From: a virus
Taxonomy: Duplodnaviria; Heunggongvirae; Uroviricota; Caudoviricetes
DNA: 64,000 bases
Strand: one strand, 5' to 3'
Virus record (IMG/VR): IMGVR_UViG_3300029288_000059
Location: 32,001 to 96,000 of that record
The notes under the pieces were generated by a model. That model did not search any database. It was given only the letters and a program-made list of their open reading frames with translations, and was not told the DNA's origin. Made by a program: the position numbers and the translations under genes. Of this stretch, positions 40,828 through 50,629 are shown one piece after another (the stretch's first letter is position 1; each line of letters starts with the position of its first letter).

Positions 40828-41178
40828 TTGAATAGAAACTTAGAATCATACCAATCAGACATTGAATTTAGTGAGTATCGAGTTAGTGATGTTAATATTA
40901 TCACTCGTGATAAGGTAGACTTGAGCGGTTTATCTTTAGTAACATTACCTCATTTCAAAAGTATAGGTGGTAATTTAGATTGTCGTCATAACCAATTAAC
41001 TAGTTTAAAAGGATGTCCTACTTATATAAGTGGTACTTTAGATTGTCGTTATAATCAATTAACAAGTTTAGAAGGATGTCCTACCAGTATAGGTGGTGGT
41101 TTATATTGTTATCATAACAAAGACAAATTATCGTGTCCTAAAGGGGTTGAGATTGGAGGGAAATTTATAAATTCATGA
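40828..41178 (+). CDS. LEPY-family protein, chimeric with a PcfJ-type repeat block
   Basis: MNRNLESY..YRVSDVNIITRD like 33135; VDLS...LPHFKSIGG and C-cap like 14223/58542. Confidence 0.8.
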   Translation: MNRNLESYQSDIEFSEYRVSDVNIITRDKVDLSGLSLVTLPHFKSIGGNLDCRHNQLTSLKGCPTYISGTLDCRYNQLTSLEGCPTSIGGGLYCYHNKDKLSCPKGVEIGGKFINS

Positions 41179-41254
41179 TAATATCTTAAAATAAGAATTT
41201 AACCTATTATAAATAATAGTATAATTTGTTTCAATTATTGGGAAGTCCAATCAA

Positions 41255-42025
41255 ATGGTAAAACAACAAAAGAAGAATACACGGTTTAATAAACAAACAA
41301 GACGTACCGATAAGGCTGGATTCCAACAAGACCAAACTAAAAAAGTATCAATCGTGCCGAAACATAATAATATCGAAGTTATTCCTCGTAATGTGGAACA
41401 AGAAAAATATCTTGAAATGTTAAATGACCCTAGTAAATTTGTTGTTGTTTGTACCGGACGGGCAGGTAGTGGTAAAACCCATTTAGCAACTTTATGGGCA
41501 ATCCAACAATATCAAATGGGTAAAGCAGATAAGATTGTTATTACACGCCCTAACGTGGCGACTGATGGTATGGGTATTGGTTTTATGCCGGGTACACTTA
41601 TTGAAAAGATGTGGGATTGGATTGGTCCATTTGTTGACGCATTCTATCAAGCCGGATATTCTAAGATTGAATTGGAAAAATTCTTAGAGATTGGCGTTAT
41701 AGAAATTATTCCTATTGCATTTATAAGAGGGCGTTCATTAACTGATTGTGTTATCTTAGCAGATGAATGTCAAAACTTAACTAAGAATTCAATGCTTAGT
41801 ATCTTAACCCGTTTTGGTAAGAATTCTAAATTGGTTGTAATTGGTGATGTTAAACAATCTGATTTGGGTAGAGATAATAAGAATGGATTGGGCGACTTTA
41901 TTGAAAGATTTAAAAGTCGAGTAGATAGTGGTGTCGCGGTAACGTCATTGACACAGTGTGAACGTCATCCCGTAATCCAAGAGATATTGGACGTATATGA
42001 AGCCAATGGAGTTTGGGATAGTTAA
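41255..42025 (+). CDS. phoH: PhoH-family ATPase
   Basis: GRAGSGKT, ITRP, GFMPG, FIRGRSL, DECQN, LTRFG, GDVKQSD, RHP; TATAAATA at 41208. Confidence 0.92.
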   Translation: MVKQQKKNTRFNKQTRRTDKAGFQQDQTKKVSIVPKHNNIEVIPRNVEQEKYLEMLNDPSKFVVVCTGRAGSGKTHLATLWAIQQYQMGKADKIVITRPNVATDGMGIGFMPGTLIEKMWDWIGPFVDAFYQAGYSKIELEKFLEIGVIEIIPIAFIRGRSLTDCVILADECQNLTKNSMLSILTRFGKNSKLVVIGDVKQSDLGRDNKNGLGDFIERFKSRVDSGVAVTSLTQCERHPVIQEILDVYEANGVWDS

Positions 42026-42329
42026 TATGAGTATTGTAACGTATCGTAATATTGAACTCTTACCATTAACGTTTGTTTTGGAACAAATTACTAATGGTGA
42101 TGTTGTATCTAATTCATTAACCGATTGGATGAATGAATTCTTACGACAAGTTCAATATTTACGAACTACTAATGATATGATGTATGATTATTATCCTTAT
42201 GTTACTAATATGGTAACTAACGATTGTTTAGTTGGAATTACAACGATTGATAATATAACGATAGAACAAGCTAAATCGTTACTAATCACTATTAATGATA
42301 AGTTTTTTAATAATAATCCATTGTTTTAA
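41997..42329 (+). CDS. Hypothetical protein
   Basis: ORF after phoH; true start probably a later ATG. Confidence 0.45.
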   Translation: MKPMEFGIVNMSIVTYRNIELLPLTFVLEQITNGDVVSNSLTDWMNEFLRQVQYLRTTNDMMYDYYPYVTNMVTNDCLVGITTIDNITIEQAKSLLITINDKFFNNNPLF

Positions 42330-42377
42330 TGTTATATTGTTTAATAGTTAAACTATTAATAAACGAGAAAAACCCAA

Positions 42378-42590
42378 ATGACTAGTATAGAAACAACGAT
42401 TGATGATACAATTAAACTTCATGGGAAGGTTAATGATGCATTACAGGATATGACAAGGGGTGAACCTTATCTTTCTAATAAAGAATGTGCGACTATTATT
42501 GACAAGATAATAGCTAAAAATAAAGAAATGGAGTACGAATTGAATTTATTAGCCGAAGATGTGAGTATTAACCCACACGATTATAATTAG
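42378..42590 (+). CDS. Hypothetical protein
   Basis: 70-aa ORF. Confidence 0.45.
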   Translation: MTSIETTIDDTIKLHGKVNDALQDMTRGEPYLSNKECATIIDKIIAKNKEMEYELNLLAEDVSINPHDYN

Positions 42591-42623
42591 TACCTCGTTT
42601 AAACAATTAAACCACAATGGTAT

Positions 42624-42645
42624 AGGTGAGTATTAATACTCACCT
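42624..42645. terminator. Palindromic terminator between convergent genes
   Basis: AGGTGAGTATTAATACTCACCT; related to the hairpin at 672. Confidence 0.6.
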
Positions 42646-42942
42646 CTATTTTGATGCCTTATAATGTGCTGTTATAGTTACAACATCTATTTTAATTGAA
42701 GATTTACGGTTCTTATCCGTATTGAATAGACGGTCCAGTCGTATCAGTTCACCCAATATCAAATCTAAACTTCCTATCTTTTTAGTAAGTTTTCGATAAC
42801 CGGCAATACTTTTCCAATCTTTATTACTTTTTTTCATATAATTAATGATTTCTCTGAACGTATGTACCTTACGTCCCTTACCAATAGTATAATATATTGG
42901 TAATGTTCGTACCATTTTGGCGAATTTATGACGTTTTGACAT
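42646..42942 (-). CDS. Basic hypothetical early protein
   Basis: AAGGAG RBS and conserved early promoter. Confidence 0.55.
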   Translation of the reverse strand: MSKRHKFAKMVRTLPIYYTIGKGRKVHTFREIINYMKKSNKDWKSIAGYRKLTKKIGSLDLILGELIRLDRLFNTDKNRKSSIKIDVVTITAHYKASK

Positions 42943-42964
42943 TGTAGTTCTCCTTGGTATGTTG

Positions 42965-43003
42965 TTTATAATTTAAGTATAACATATTATATTATAATGT
43001 CAA
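42965..43003 (-). promoter_or_regulatory. Phage early promoter (TTGACA-N16-TATACT-TAAATTATAAA)
   Basis: Same extended pattern at 43026(+), 46636(+), 50892(-), 58495(-). Confidence 0.7.
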
Positions 43004-43085
43004 CTCTTATTTTAATAGAAAGTAATTGACTTAATATTGCATTATATGTTATATTAAAATTATAACATTATATAAGGAATATAAC

Positions 43086-43556
43086 ATGAAAGATTATACA
43101 TTAGAAGATTTAGAACGTGATGGTGGTTTTGGTTTGGATATAGACCTTAAACCAATTCCGTATGTCACCCATCTTCAAAAAACTCAGTTAGAAGAATTAA
43201 ACGAATTAATTTGTACTTTAAAGAATTTAAAGATTGGTGATTCATTTACTGTAAAGACGTATGACGAATTACAAAGAATAAGATATAAGTCTGCAGTTCT
43301 TCATGTTAATTTGCAATATGAACAAATTGATGATGGTTATCGTATAACTGCTATTGGTGAGAATGGTAATGACCTACTAATAAAACATAAGAAGGAAATG
43401 ATGGAATTATTAAAAAAGATGAAATCAGGGGAATCTTTTGTGATTAAGTCTACATCTAATCATAGGCATCAATATGTAAGATATGGACGTGAGTTGGGTA
43501 TTAAAATAGCCACTCGTTATGAATATAAAGACCATTATCGTGTTTGGAAGCTATAA
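43086..43556 (+). CDS. Hypothetical protein with duplicated small domain
   Basis: LKIGDSF...GYRI and MKSGESF...YRVWK; paralog of 43544. Confidence 0.6.
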   Translation: MKDYTLEDLERDGGFGLDIDLKPIPYVTHLQKTQLEELNELICTLKNLKIGDSFTVKTYDELQRIRYKSAVLHVNLQYEQIDDGYRITAIGENGNDLLIKHKKEMMELLKKMKSGESFVIKSTSNHRHQYVRYGRELGIKIATRYEYKDHYRVWKL

Positions 43557-43951
43557 GGAATATTACGATGACAGAATGCATATTAGAGATTTTACAAGAT
43601 GTTGACATACTAAGTATTGCCGATACATTAAGAAATTTAAAACATGGTGATGTTATTAATGTTCGTACCAGTAAAGAACTATGTATCATATATGATGTGG
43701 CAGATAAGTTAAGAATAAAATTAGTTACTAGTAAACAGGAAAATGGGTATTATCTCGTATTAGATAGCGTTCGTACAGAACAGTATAGAAATAAAATCAT
43801 TAAACTACTTAGTCGAATGGAACATGGTGATTCATTTTGCATTGTTAAACGAAGTGATGATATATATTATAATAATATTAGTAAAAGAATTGGAATTAAT
43901 ATAGTTGCTCGTAGAGTATGTGATAATTATTATCGAATTTGGAAGATTTAA
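43544..43951 (+). CDS. Hypothetical protein, tandem paralog of 43086
   Basis: LKHGD...GYY and MEHGDSF...YRIWK. Confidence 0.6.
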   Translation: MEAIRNITMTECILEILQDVDILSIADTLRNLKHGDVINVRTSKELCIIYDVADKLRIKLVTSKQENGYYLVLDSVRTEQYRNKIIKLLSRMEHGDSFCIVKRSDDIYYNNISKRIGINIVARRVCDNYYRIWKI

Positions 43952-43984
43952 AATCCCATAAATATAACAGTATGGGAGTTAATA

Positions 43985-45004
43985 ATGGTTAATATATTAA
44001 AGTTATTAGATGAGAAACGTTCACACGATGGATTGAACGTAAGAGTATCAACATATCAATTTTTATCAAAATATAAAAATGACCCAAATGCTTATCTACA
44101 TACATCAGCTATTAAGAAGATTGGTATTAAACCATTAACAAATGCAGAAGATGATACTCCATTAGGCGTTTATACTTTTAAAATAATGGATATATGGAAA
44201 CGGATTGAAGCTAGTAAGGATAAGAATGATTTATCATATCAACTAACTTACTATGGTGGTCCTGAATTATACATACTGCATCCAACTAAACCAATCATGG
44301 ATGAAAATACTTATACATTAAGTATGTATAAGAAAGATTTGAAACGATTAAATATTACACAAAAACGTGAATTAGAATTATTGTCCGATACTGGATATAA
44401 GTATAAGAATCTAAAACTACCATTATATAGATTTTGGGAAATAACTAAGTTATATGTTTGTGACTTCGACTATGGTGCTAATAACCCAGTTAAATGGAAT
44501 AACTTGTTAAGAAAGTTAGGCTATTATATTTTTAGTGATGATGGGGTTGGTTATATTCATGACCACGAACCAGTTCAAACGGTATTCTTAACAACTAATG
44601 CATTTGAAGTAATTGATACACATTATAACAATGAAGTATATAAAGTTAAGGTAGATGATAAAGAGTTACGTTCAAACCGTTTATCATCTATAATGAATAC
44701 TAAAACTTTACATCCATCTTACGATGATGAAATTCGTCCTGAACAATACCGTAATGTAAAAGTATGGAATGTTAAGGAAGTTGGATTACAAGAGTTACAT
44801 GACTTCTATGATGATTATGGTAGGACTGGTATGACTATTAATGTTGGTAAATTAGTTATCCCACATACTGTTATTGATTCATTAGACTATATATGTGATA
44901 ATATGAATAAATTTAAAACTATTAATGTTAATACTGTACATATTGATGGTGGTAAGAAAGAGGATTATGATTTAATCCCCTTTAAGTATAATGGTATTGT
45001 ATAA
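43985..45004 (+). CDS. MVNILKL-leader late protein
   Basis: MVNILKLLDE leader; CATAAATA at 43957; GGGAG RBS. Confidence 0.65.
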   Translation: MVNILKLLDEKRSHDGLNVRVSTYQFLSKYKNDPNAYLHTSAIKKIGIKPLTNAEDDTPLGVYTFKIMDIWKRIEASKDKNDLSYQLTYYGGPELYILHPTKPIMDENTYTLSMYKKDLKRLNITQKRELELLSDTGYKYKNLKLPLYRFWEITKLYVCDFDYGANNPVKWNNLLRKLGYYIFSDDGVGYIHDHEPVQTVFLTTNAFEVIDTHYNNEVYKVKVDDKELRSNRLSSIMNTKTLHPSYDDEIRPEQYRNVKVWNVKEVGLQELHDFYDDYGRTGMTINVGKLVIPHTVIDSLDYICDNMNKFKTINVNTVHIDGGKKEDYDLIPFKYNGIV

Positions 45005-45017
45005 TCTGTTATGATAA

Positions 45018-46523
45018 TGTTAATTAACTTCATATAATCTATTACATTTTATAATATAATACAACATTATTTGTATATAAATAATATATTGACTTCTTTG
45101 TTAATGAAGTACATACTAACTTTAAATAATAAGGAAGTTATATGATTAGAACTAGTACTCATAATATACAACAAAGCAATACAGGTAAGTTATCTAACTT
45201 AGCTATATTGCATAATGAGTATATACGTGTATGTTCTCAACTGATTGATTATTGTTGGGATAATCCAGTTATTACTTCATATACGTCAAGCGATAACATA
45301 ACCCATACTACTACTTTTGATGTATCACGTAATTTATTTGATTTGCCTGTATTTTTACCAACTAACATAACAAAATTAGCTAAAATTAATACTTTTTTGA
45401 CAGGTAAATCACTTAAAAGTATCATTACTAAAGTGAATGGTATGCTTAAAGCAAGTACTACGAAACAAAGGAAACGTATATACCAATATAATAAATTAAA
45501 ACAAGATGGATATACTAAAAAGCAATTATCACAACTGATTAAAAAAATAAAACAAAATATACCACAGAAACCAAATTGTTCCAATATTAATATGGAATAC
45601 GATACCAACTGTTGTAAATTCTATACAACTAATAAAAATAACAATGAATTCAATGGGGTTGATGGCTTTTTACGTCTTACTGCCATTACTAAAAGTAAGA
45701 TGAATATATGTATTCCTATTAATATGACTCGTCACTCGAATAAATTCAAGACTATTGGTAAAATGAAGACTTCCTTCCTAATAACACCAAAGAAAGTAGA
45801 TATTAGATGGGATATTCCTACTCCTGTATTACGCACAACTGGTAGTATAGTCGGTGCAGACCAAGGACTATTAGACGTATTAACCCTATCAGATACACAA
45901 GTTACCACTAACGAAGACATACATGGACATACTCAAAAATCCATACTAGACAAGGTATGTCGTAAGAAAAGAGGTAGTAAGGCCTTTAAACGTGCTAAAC
46001 AACACCAAGTCAACTTCGTTAATTGGTCAATCAACCAACTCAATTTTGATAATGTTAAGCAAGTAAATTTAGAAGATATATGGAACATTAACTATAAGAA
46101 GAATTCATGTCAAATGCTAAAACATTGGCAGAATACTATCATCAGAGACAAGTTGTTGTCTGTTTGTGAATCACTCGGGGTCCGAGTGGAGAAGCAGGCA
46201 TCTACTTATAGAAGTCAAAGATGTAGTTGTTGTGGGCAAGTGCGGAAATCGAATCGGAAAGGGAAAACCTATACGTGCCATAATTGTGGTTTAGAACTAG
46301 ATGCAGACTTAAATGCATCTATCAATCTAAGTATGAAGTTGCCTGAAATCCCGTGGAATATCCGCAAACTTAATTTAAATAGAAAAGGGTTTTACTGGAC
46401 TGCCAATGGCATATTCAGTGATAATACCTATCTAGATAGATTAAGTGATGGGCGTTTACAGTCCCCATCACCAAAAAACTTAAAACAATACAAGGTTAAT
46501 AATGTATTGGTTTAGGTGACTGT
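45018..46523 (+). mobile_element. Non-autonomous IS607-type tnpB element 2
   Basis: Close copy of element 1 along its whole length; TGT at both borders. Confidence 0.85.
45142..46515 (+). CDS. tnpB: TnpB RNA-guided endonuclease
   Basis: GADQG / NLED / DADLNA; CSCCG, CHNCG; highly similar to 35685. Confidence 0.9.
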   Translation: MIRTSTHNIQQSNTGKLSNLAILHNEYIRVCSQLIDYCWDNPVITSYTSSDNITHTTTFDVSRNLFDLPVFLPTNITKLAKINTFLTGKSLKSIITKVNGMLKASTTKQRKRIYQYNKLKQDGYTKKQLSQLIKKIKQNIPQKPNCSNINMEYDTNCCKFYTTNKNNNEFNGVDGFLRLTAITKSKMNICIPINMTRHSNKFKTIGKMKTSFLITPKKVDIRWDIPTPVLRTTGSIVGADQGLLDVLTLSDTQVTTNEDIHGHTQKSILDKVCRKKRGSKAFKRAKQHQVNFVNWSINQLNFDNVKQVNLEDIWNINYKKNSCQMLKHWQNTIIRDKLLSVCESLGVRVEKQASTYRSQRCSCCGQVRKSNRKGKTYTCHNCGLELDADLNASINLSMKLPEIPWNIRKLNLNRKGFYWTANGIFSDNTYLDRLSDGRLQSPSPKNLKQYKVNNVLV

Positions 46524-46697
46524 AAAAACTCTTAATCCTTGTTTTATTGATTTATTAAGGAGATGTTTTGTCCTTCTTGCATATATTGAATGAATCTTTC
46601 TCTTCTGTTTCAACTACTGAATTAATGATTGTCTATTGACTTAGTAATGAAATACTATTATACTTAAATTATAAATTGAACATTAGGAGTAACAATA

Positions 46698-46994
46698 ATG
46701 AGTTTATTTTATGTAACCACTAATGCATTAGAGTGTGGAATTGGTTTATATCATGGTGAATTATTGGAGAATAATAAAGTAGTCTTACAAGCAGATAAAA
46801 AGGAATACGAGTTAAACGTTGATTGTTTTACCAGTTTAACGGCTGCACGTAATAAGTTACGGGAAATGACTGATGATGAGATTAACCGTTTAGAGTGTAA
46901 TATAAGCAATTTAAAGAATACGTTGAATCGTTTAAAGAATTCACCTTTTTGTTCTAGTAATTTTATTGACTGTGAAGATGTTAATTTAACATGA
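46698..46994 (+). CDS. Hypothetical early protein
   Basis: TTGACT-N17-TATACT promoter at 46636; AGGAG RBS. Confidence 0.6.
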   Translation: MSLFYVTTNALECGIGLYHGELLENNKVVLQADKKEYELNVDCFTSLTAARNKLREMTDDEINRLECNISNLKNTLNRLKNSPFCSSNFIDCEDVNLT

Positions 46995-47368
46995 CTAGAT
47001 ATTTAGAACCATATAAAGAACAGAAGGGAAGTTACCCACGTATATGTAGTGATAGGTATTATGAATTGAACGCTAGTCATAAATGGAAAAATATCATCAC
47101 TCGTTATTCATTAGTATTAACAACTCGTGCTACTCCAACTCATATAATTCCGAGTATTAAGTACATTAATTGGAATATAACAATGGAGGACGGTAGTTTG
47201 TTGCCCGTGTGTAAGAACCCCTTTTATGTAGGAAATGATATTTTTACAAATGGAAATACATCAAATGACTTAGTAGAACATTATGTATTAGGCGAACATA
47301 CAAAATGGTATTGTAATGTTTCTAAAAATAGTTCACCTTTTTATGTAACTCATTGTAGCAGTATATAA
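46991..47368 (+). CDS. LEPY-family protein
   Basis: MTRYLEPY; NIITR; PSIKYI; PFYVG. Confidence 0.7.
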   Translation: MTRYLEPYKEQKGSYPRICSDRYYELNASHKWKNIITRYSLVLTTRATPTHIIPSIKYINWNITMEDGSLLPVCKNPFYVGNDIFTNGNTSNDLVEHYVLGEHTKWYCNVSKNSSPFYVTHCSSI

Positions 47369-47739
47369 TGAGATATTTAGAGCCATATATCAAGCATGAT
47401 AATTCTATATTAAATAATACGTATGAAGACGTTGTACTTCGTAGTCGTGAAGAATCGAATTATAGTAATATAATAGTGAGAGGTACGGCAGCGATTGGTT
47501 GTAGTAGAAGTTGGTTTCGTCCTTATTATAAGTATGTAAAAGACAACTTTTTAGGTAGTCCGATTTATGCAGGAGGATTATTATGTTGTAATAATTTTGG
47601 TTTAAAATCATTAGACAGATTTCCATTAGCGATAGGTAAAGATTTATATTATTCAAATAATAATATTCCCATTCACGAAGTTATATCAAAAATTCATCCT
47701 TTTGTTGGTGGGTTACTTATAAGTAATAAATATACTTAG
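47368..47739 (+). CDS. LEPY-family protein with LRR-like units
   Basis: MRYLEPY; NIIVRG; YKYV; GSPIYAGG; LKSLDRFP. Confidence 0.7.
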   Translation: MRYLEPYIKHDNSILNNTYEDVVLRSREESNYSNIIVRGTAAIGCSRSWFRPYYKYVKDNFLGSPIYAGGLLCCNNFGLKSLDRFPLAIGKDLYYSNNNIPIHEVISKIHPFVGGLLISNKYT

Positions 47740-47769
47740 GATTTTTAATTTGTTAATGGGGTATTCATA

Positions 47770-48462
47770 ATGCGTATAGATGATATAGAAGTAGGATTGA
47801 ATGAGGAAATACTAACTAATCTTACTCATAACCCTAACGAATTTCCAAGTAAGTATAGATTCGAATTAGGATTAAAAATTGTATCTAATAATGTACATAA
47901 TATTATACAAAACATTGCTGATGCATATATTATATCACTATTAGATAAACGCAGTGTATTTGATATTATTAATGAAGAACATGGAAGTATAAGTGATACA
48001 TTAGCCGTTATAAATGATGCATTACATAATTATTCAGACCATGATAGTTTTTTAAAGTTTGTATCCGCCAAAGATTGCAAACAAGAACTACAAAAATTAG
48101 TTAAGATATCAAATCTTGTTTTAGACCGTTCTTATTCATTAAGAGTTAATATTGATAAAACCTTACCTCAAGAATTTCAAAGTTTGTTATTTCAATGTTG
48201 TTGTACATTAATGGATGTTTGCTCTAATATAACATTAGGGTGTCGTAGTGTTGTAACTAATGTATATAGAGAACCTAAGATGCAATTTTCTATTGGTAAG
48301 TTATCTATGAAAGTAAGAGATTTTTTATATGCCGTTCAAAAGAATAGTAATCCTATTGAGGAAGATGAAGCGTGCGGCTTATCAGAATTAGAAGTGCAAC
48401 AACTGCGTGCATTGAGAAAATTAAAGAAACAATTAGATGAGATGCAGTTTAAAGACATTTAA
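47770..48462 (+). CDS. Hypothetical protein
   Basis: 230-aa ORF. Confidence 0.55.
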   Translation: MRIDDIEVGLNEEILTNLTHNPNEFPSKYRFELGLKIVSNNVHNIIQNIADAYIISLLDKRSVFDIINEEHGSISDTLAVINDALHNYSDHDSFLKFVSAKDCKQELQKLVKISNLVLDRSYSLRVNIDKTLPQEFQSLLFQCCCTLMDVCSNITLGCRSVVTNVYREPKMQFSIGKLSMKVRDFLYAVQKNSNPIEEDEACGLSELEVQQLRALRKLKKQLDEMQFKDI

Positions 48463-48465
48463 TCA

Positions 48466-48663
48466 TCATTCATAAAGACGACCTGATAAGTATTTACGGT
48501 CGGGTAATCCGTCATTAAGATGTTGTTTATTAAACCAAAAATCACCTCTTATTATTATATTTTTGTTGTTACTGGATATGTAACCAATTGAATAATTCTA
48601 GTTAATATATGGGTACTCGTCGTATTCCTCATTATATGGTTCTAAATAACGGAATCTCATCAT
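48466..48663 (-). pseudogene. LEPY-family gene with in-frame TAG (48600-48598)
   Basis: MMRFRYLEPYNEEYDEYPYIN*NYSIGYISSNNKNIIIRGDF...LPDRKYLSG; family motifs continue past the stop. Confidence 0.7.
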
Positions 48664-48941
48664 CAAACTCGTTTTTCTAATTCTGATATAGAACAGTTCT
48701 TTAGCTCATTAATACCCGGTTCTTTAATTACATTATTTATCAACATCATCGAACCATTTAGGAATAACGTTAATAGGAAAATCCCGTGCATACCAAAAGA
48801 ACCACTATATAGCATCATCAAACCATTTAGGAATATTAGTCCGAAGATAAACTTACGAATCTTTAGAAATTTACGCCGATTATACGATACTGAATATAAG
48901 TATGCATTATATAACGATTGATATCTTGTGAATTTATCCAT
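48663..48941 (-). CDS. Small membrane protein
   Basis: Two hydrophobic helices each containing FLNG.M; GAGGAG RBS. Confidence 0.55.
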   Translation of the reverse strand: MDKFTRYQSLYNAYLYSVSYNRRKFLKIRKFIFGLIFLNGLMMLYSGSFGMHGIFLLTLFLNGSMMLINNVIKEPGINELKNCSISELEKRV

Positions 48942-48990
48942 TATTTAAGTCTCCTCTTTTGTGATATATTATTGTATTCATCGAATTATG

Positions 48991-49449
48991 TCAATCTGTT
49001 AGGCGTCTAAATTTCCCATGGACTATTAATGTTGGTGGTTGTATTGGTATACCAGTACGATTAGTATAAATAAAATCACCCCGTACTTCAGTATTAATAT
49101 CTTCTAAATTGGTTATATTGGTACTACTATAAATTGCATTCTTGCCTATATAGAGAGGACTATATTTGGCAGAAGTAAGTTCATAATTTAATGAACAGTC
49201 AACGTCACCACCTACATATAACGGACAACCATATAATGATTCTATCTTCAAATTACAAATACAGAATTTACCAGCCACATATTTAAATTTTGGTAAATTA
49301 ATAATACGCGAACCATATAAGAAGACATCATTCCGAGTTATAATATTACCCGTGGTGCATAAGTAACGAGTGGTAATATTATGTTCACGCCATTGTTCTT
49401 CAGGATATCTACTATTAAAGATTTGATATGGTTCAATAGTCCTAATCAT
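48991..49449 (-). CDS. LEPY-family protein with LRR-like repeats
   Basis: MIRTIEPY; NIITRNDV; LPKFKYVAG; SLYGCPLYVGG; start overlaps RNA ligase stop. Confidence 0.75.
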   Translation of the reverse strand: MIRTIEPYQIFNSRYPEEQWREHNITTRYLCTTGNIITRNDVFLYGSRIINLPKFKYVAGKFCICNLKIESLYGCPLYVGGDVDCSLNYELTSAKYSPLYIGKNAIYSSTNITNLEDINTEVRGDFIYTNRTGIPIQPPTLIVHGKFRRLTD

Positions 49450-50629
49450 CGAAGTCATTCCATGATAATTCATATTTGATATTACCAAACATATTACGAA
49501 TGTTATTAATATCCGTCTGAGAATGACTATTTTTTACAATATACCGTTTTAACAATTCAACGGCATCTTGTCCCTTTAATACGTAATGAACAACACAGTT
49601 AAGTTGTTGGTATTGAAATAAAGGCAAGTATTTCATAGCGAATGCTTTTCTGCGTTCAACGTCATTATGTATAAGGTCTAACGTTTTTTTAGATTCTTTA
49701 ACGAAACTATCAATTAATTTGGCAGTATTGAGAATTTGAGAATTTAATTCATTCTCAAAACGTTCAACTACTTCACGGTCAATATCTGATAATAACGATT
49801 TAAAATCATCTAATCCATCACCTGCAATAATATGCCATACGTCTTTTTCACGTAAGATAGCTTCTTGAGCTTTATGCATCATAATGTATTGTTCACATTT
49901 AATCTTGTACATCGTACCGTCATTAAACCGTAATACGAATCCTTCGATATCTTGCATTTGAGATATTAGTTGTACTACATCATTAATATTATTCGTATCG
50001 ACTTGTAAGCATGAAACTACATCAATGTTATAGTTTTTAGCAACTGATACTAAGTCATCATATGACATATACATACCCGTATTATTTTGACGTATTGCCG
50101 TTAAAGTTAAAGCAGGTTTGTTATACGCAACAACTATGCGATTTGTTGGGGAAGTATATTCATATATAGGTGACATATTGTTTTGAACGCATTCTTTATA
50201 TAAACGATAAAACTTATCATCATTTAAAAAGAAATTTTCACATTCAATGGCAACGTCAGTATGCCCCATCTTAGTATGAAACTGGAATACGCCATTAATT
50301 TCAACCGTATTGATTAATGAACCGTCTAATTTGTTTAAAATTATATGTGGTTTTGATAAATCAATATCGTTTATTTGTGAGGATTCGTTTTCATTAATAT
50401 TAAAAAACTTATGATACTTACGTACTAATATATCACCGTTATCATCAAACGTTAATCCACGACATTCACGTCGAATGGCATCAATTGTGGAATCACCACT
50501 AAAGAACGTATCTTTAAACGCGACGTTGTAGTTGATAATTTGATAACCATTACGTTTGGCTACGATGAACTCATCACGCCCTTGTATGGCGGGTAAAACG
50601 TCCATTATGTTGTTGATAATTGGGAACAT
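49442..50629 (-). CDS. RNA ligase 1 (T4 Rnl1-like)
   Basis: RECRGLTFD, KFFNINE, KLDGS, EYTSP.NRIVV.Y, EGFVL, KIK. Confidence 0.9.
   Translation of the reverse strand: MFPIINNIMDVLPAIQGRDEFIVAKRNGYQIINYNVAFKDTFFSGDSTIDAIRRECRGLTFDDNGDILVRKYHKFFNINENESSQINDIDLSKPHIILNKLDGSLINTVEINGVFQFHTKMGHTDVAIECENFFLNDDKFYRLYKECVQNNMSPIYEYTSPTNRIVVAYNKPALTLTAIRQNNTGMYMSYDDLVSVAKNYNIDVVSCLQVDTNNINDVVQLISQMQDIEGFVLRFNDGTMYKIKCEQYIMMHKAQEAILREKDVWHIIAGDGLDDFKSLLSDIDREVVERFENELNSQILNTAKLIDSFVKESKKTLDLIHNDVERRKAFAMKYLPLFQYQQLNCVVHYVLKGQDAVELLKRYIVKNSHSQTDINNIRNMFGNIKYELSWNDFDD

Noticed and set aside
20236-49449. TTAGAACCATA as an integron attC-like DNA recombination site
   Set aside because: Variation is largely synonymous, there is no flanking inverted-repeat structure, and no integrase is present in the window. 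Protein-level constraint fits better.
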